Positions 62,358 to 64,000 of a DNA stretch of 64,000 nt are shown in pieces. A program made the position numbers and the translations under genes. Each line of letters opens with the position of its first letter. The first letter of the stretch is position 1. Below the pieces are notes generated by a model, which saw nothing but the letters and a program-made list of their open reading frames with translations, was not told the origin of the DNA and did no database searches. Source of the DNA: Phoronis australis (taxonomy: Eukaryota > Animalia > Phoronida); assembly GCA_002633005.1 (NCBI GenBank), contig NMRA01000380.1, forward strand, positions 62,001-126,000. The letters run 5' to 3'.

Positions 62358-64000
62358 TTGCAGTGGCTTCACAGGAACGGCATTCTTGTTCTATTTCGTC
62401 GATTTCAAAAGACCTCTCAAAGTAAATTTGACAACAGCTTCAAACTTTCAGTAAAGAGATTCTCATGCGCGCACCCAGTCTTTAATATGGGGGTCTCGAA
62501 TCCCTGACAAAGTGGACCTTTTAATAACAAAAAAGCGGGAGGACTAAAAAACGGGGTACTACCTTCAGGTCTGTGAACTGTGGGTCTGCGCCTATTTAGT
62601 GGATTTTTGTCTCGTTTTCTCGGACATTTTGGTTTTGAGGTGGAGCTTTTTACCCACTTCCTCTGGGTGCGCGCATGATTCTCCCTGTGTTCGGTAGGCT
62701 TTAGCAAAAATGCAGTTATAGGGTGACCAGCTCCTTTGATCTTCCAACCCCACAGCAATGTAATGGGATGTATGTCTGGGAGAGATTATGATCCTGAAGA
62801 CATTTCCCACAAAACCAGACTGCAATTAGTAGCTACCGCAAGTGCTGGCTCTCCTCGACAGCTTCTTTGCAATGTCCTAACCTCATTTTTGTTGCAAATC
62901 ACACGTGTACAAGAATTATGAACGAATCGTCTTCTGAATTCACGTGACCTTCAGAAATATTCATAGTCTCAGGTTGTAGTAGTCTGCCGATAAACATCGC
63001 TTCTTAACACGGTTACATGTATAAATCACCCTTTCGTCACAAAAAGCTGCGTTTGACTCCTACCACTTACCGTTGTGACTGGCCTCGTGTTGTTTGTTTG
63101 TTAAAATACGTGTGAATTCTGAGAAAAAAGTGGCACGTATTGCTTACGACAGAGCTCTACAAGTTAACTTGTCACGGACGGTCATTTTACTTGCCGAGTA
63201 TGGTGTCGAGTACTACAAAAACGTCAATTCTTTGCAAGACCAAAAATGATTCTCATCTAAGTAAGGAACAAATTGAGACCAAATTTGTATCGGCAAGTGG
63301 TATAAATTAAACGTACGTTTTTCACGGAACACGGGTTCATTGTCGCTATAAAATCCACAACAGACAGACAATCTTGATTTAAACACCGTTTACTTATGTC
63401 CCTCGCCCCCGTACGTAAATTAGTTCCATCGAACTTCTCTAGTCATAGCACAGTTAAAAGGTTACTGCGACAAAGGGTGGTGCCTCGTAGTTACATGTAA
63501 AAACCTGTCGTAGAGGTCACAAATAATGTGGTGCAATTATCGTTTAGCCTTTAATCCACATTGACAGAACGAGACGTAGTATACCTTGACAAATGCTGCC
63601 TGGGAAGTTAATGCTTTATTGACCACTCATTGGACAAACTGACAATTTGTCCACAGTCTTGTTTGATGAGCATTGGTTCGCTAAGAGCTTGTTGTCAGAG
63701 GAATATACATAGACGGCAGCTGCCATTCAACGACCCAGCAAGTTCGTCTGCTCTTTCATTCACGTCAGCATGTCCAGGCACATGTGTCCAGAAAACACCC
63801 AGGAATACACTGTATGTGTTCGGCACGAGAAGAGGGGCAGTTAGCTAGCAGCAGGCAGGTTCCCAAACACATTCCGCGTCAGACGAGTCATTGATTCGGT
63901 AGCAAAGTTCACAGCGGCCGAAAACAGACCCACTCGCGAGTGTCTGATGACACCACCTTTGTGGCCTTGAACTCTATGCGATTACTGTTGACGTAAATAC

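Noticed and set aside
3565-63500. Frequent TACATGTA/ACATGT palindromes
   Set aside because: They are scattered evenly with no link to gene features and look like a genome-wide compositional trait rather than a locus-specific signal.

Overview
This is animal (invertebrate, most likely lophotrochozoan) genomic DNA, AT-rich and intron-rich; it is not prokaryotic. Splicing by eye gives two tandem, paralogous + strand genes for secreted Cys-rich proteins. Both end in a chitin-binding type-2 (peritrophin-A) domain, a second Cys-rich domain, a Pro/Thr linker and a LamG3/ConA-like domain, which resembles the C-terminal architecture of Pif/BMSP-type matrix proteins. Gene A (CDS 11535-42159, 38 coding exons, about 1522 aa if all are used) has 29 intact one-module-per-exon EB/EGF-like repeats, all symmetric phase 1-1, where Pif has VWA domains. 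The array also holds about 7 dead pseudo-exons and shows nested tandem duplications (about 1.6 kb x3.3, about 4.8 kb x2, about 1 kb x2). Gene B (CDS 49270-62209, 12 coding exons, about 437 aa) keeps the same exon skeleton with only about 1.5 EB modules. The rest is intergenic or intronic DNA with RTE and CR1-type LINE fragments, MITEs with 5-bp target duplications and small tandem repeats. All gene models are manual and have no transcript support.
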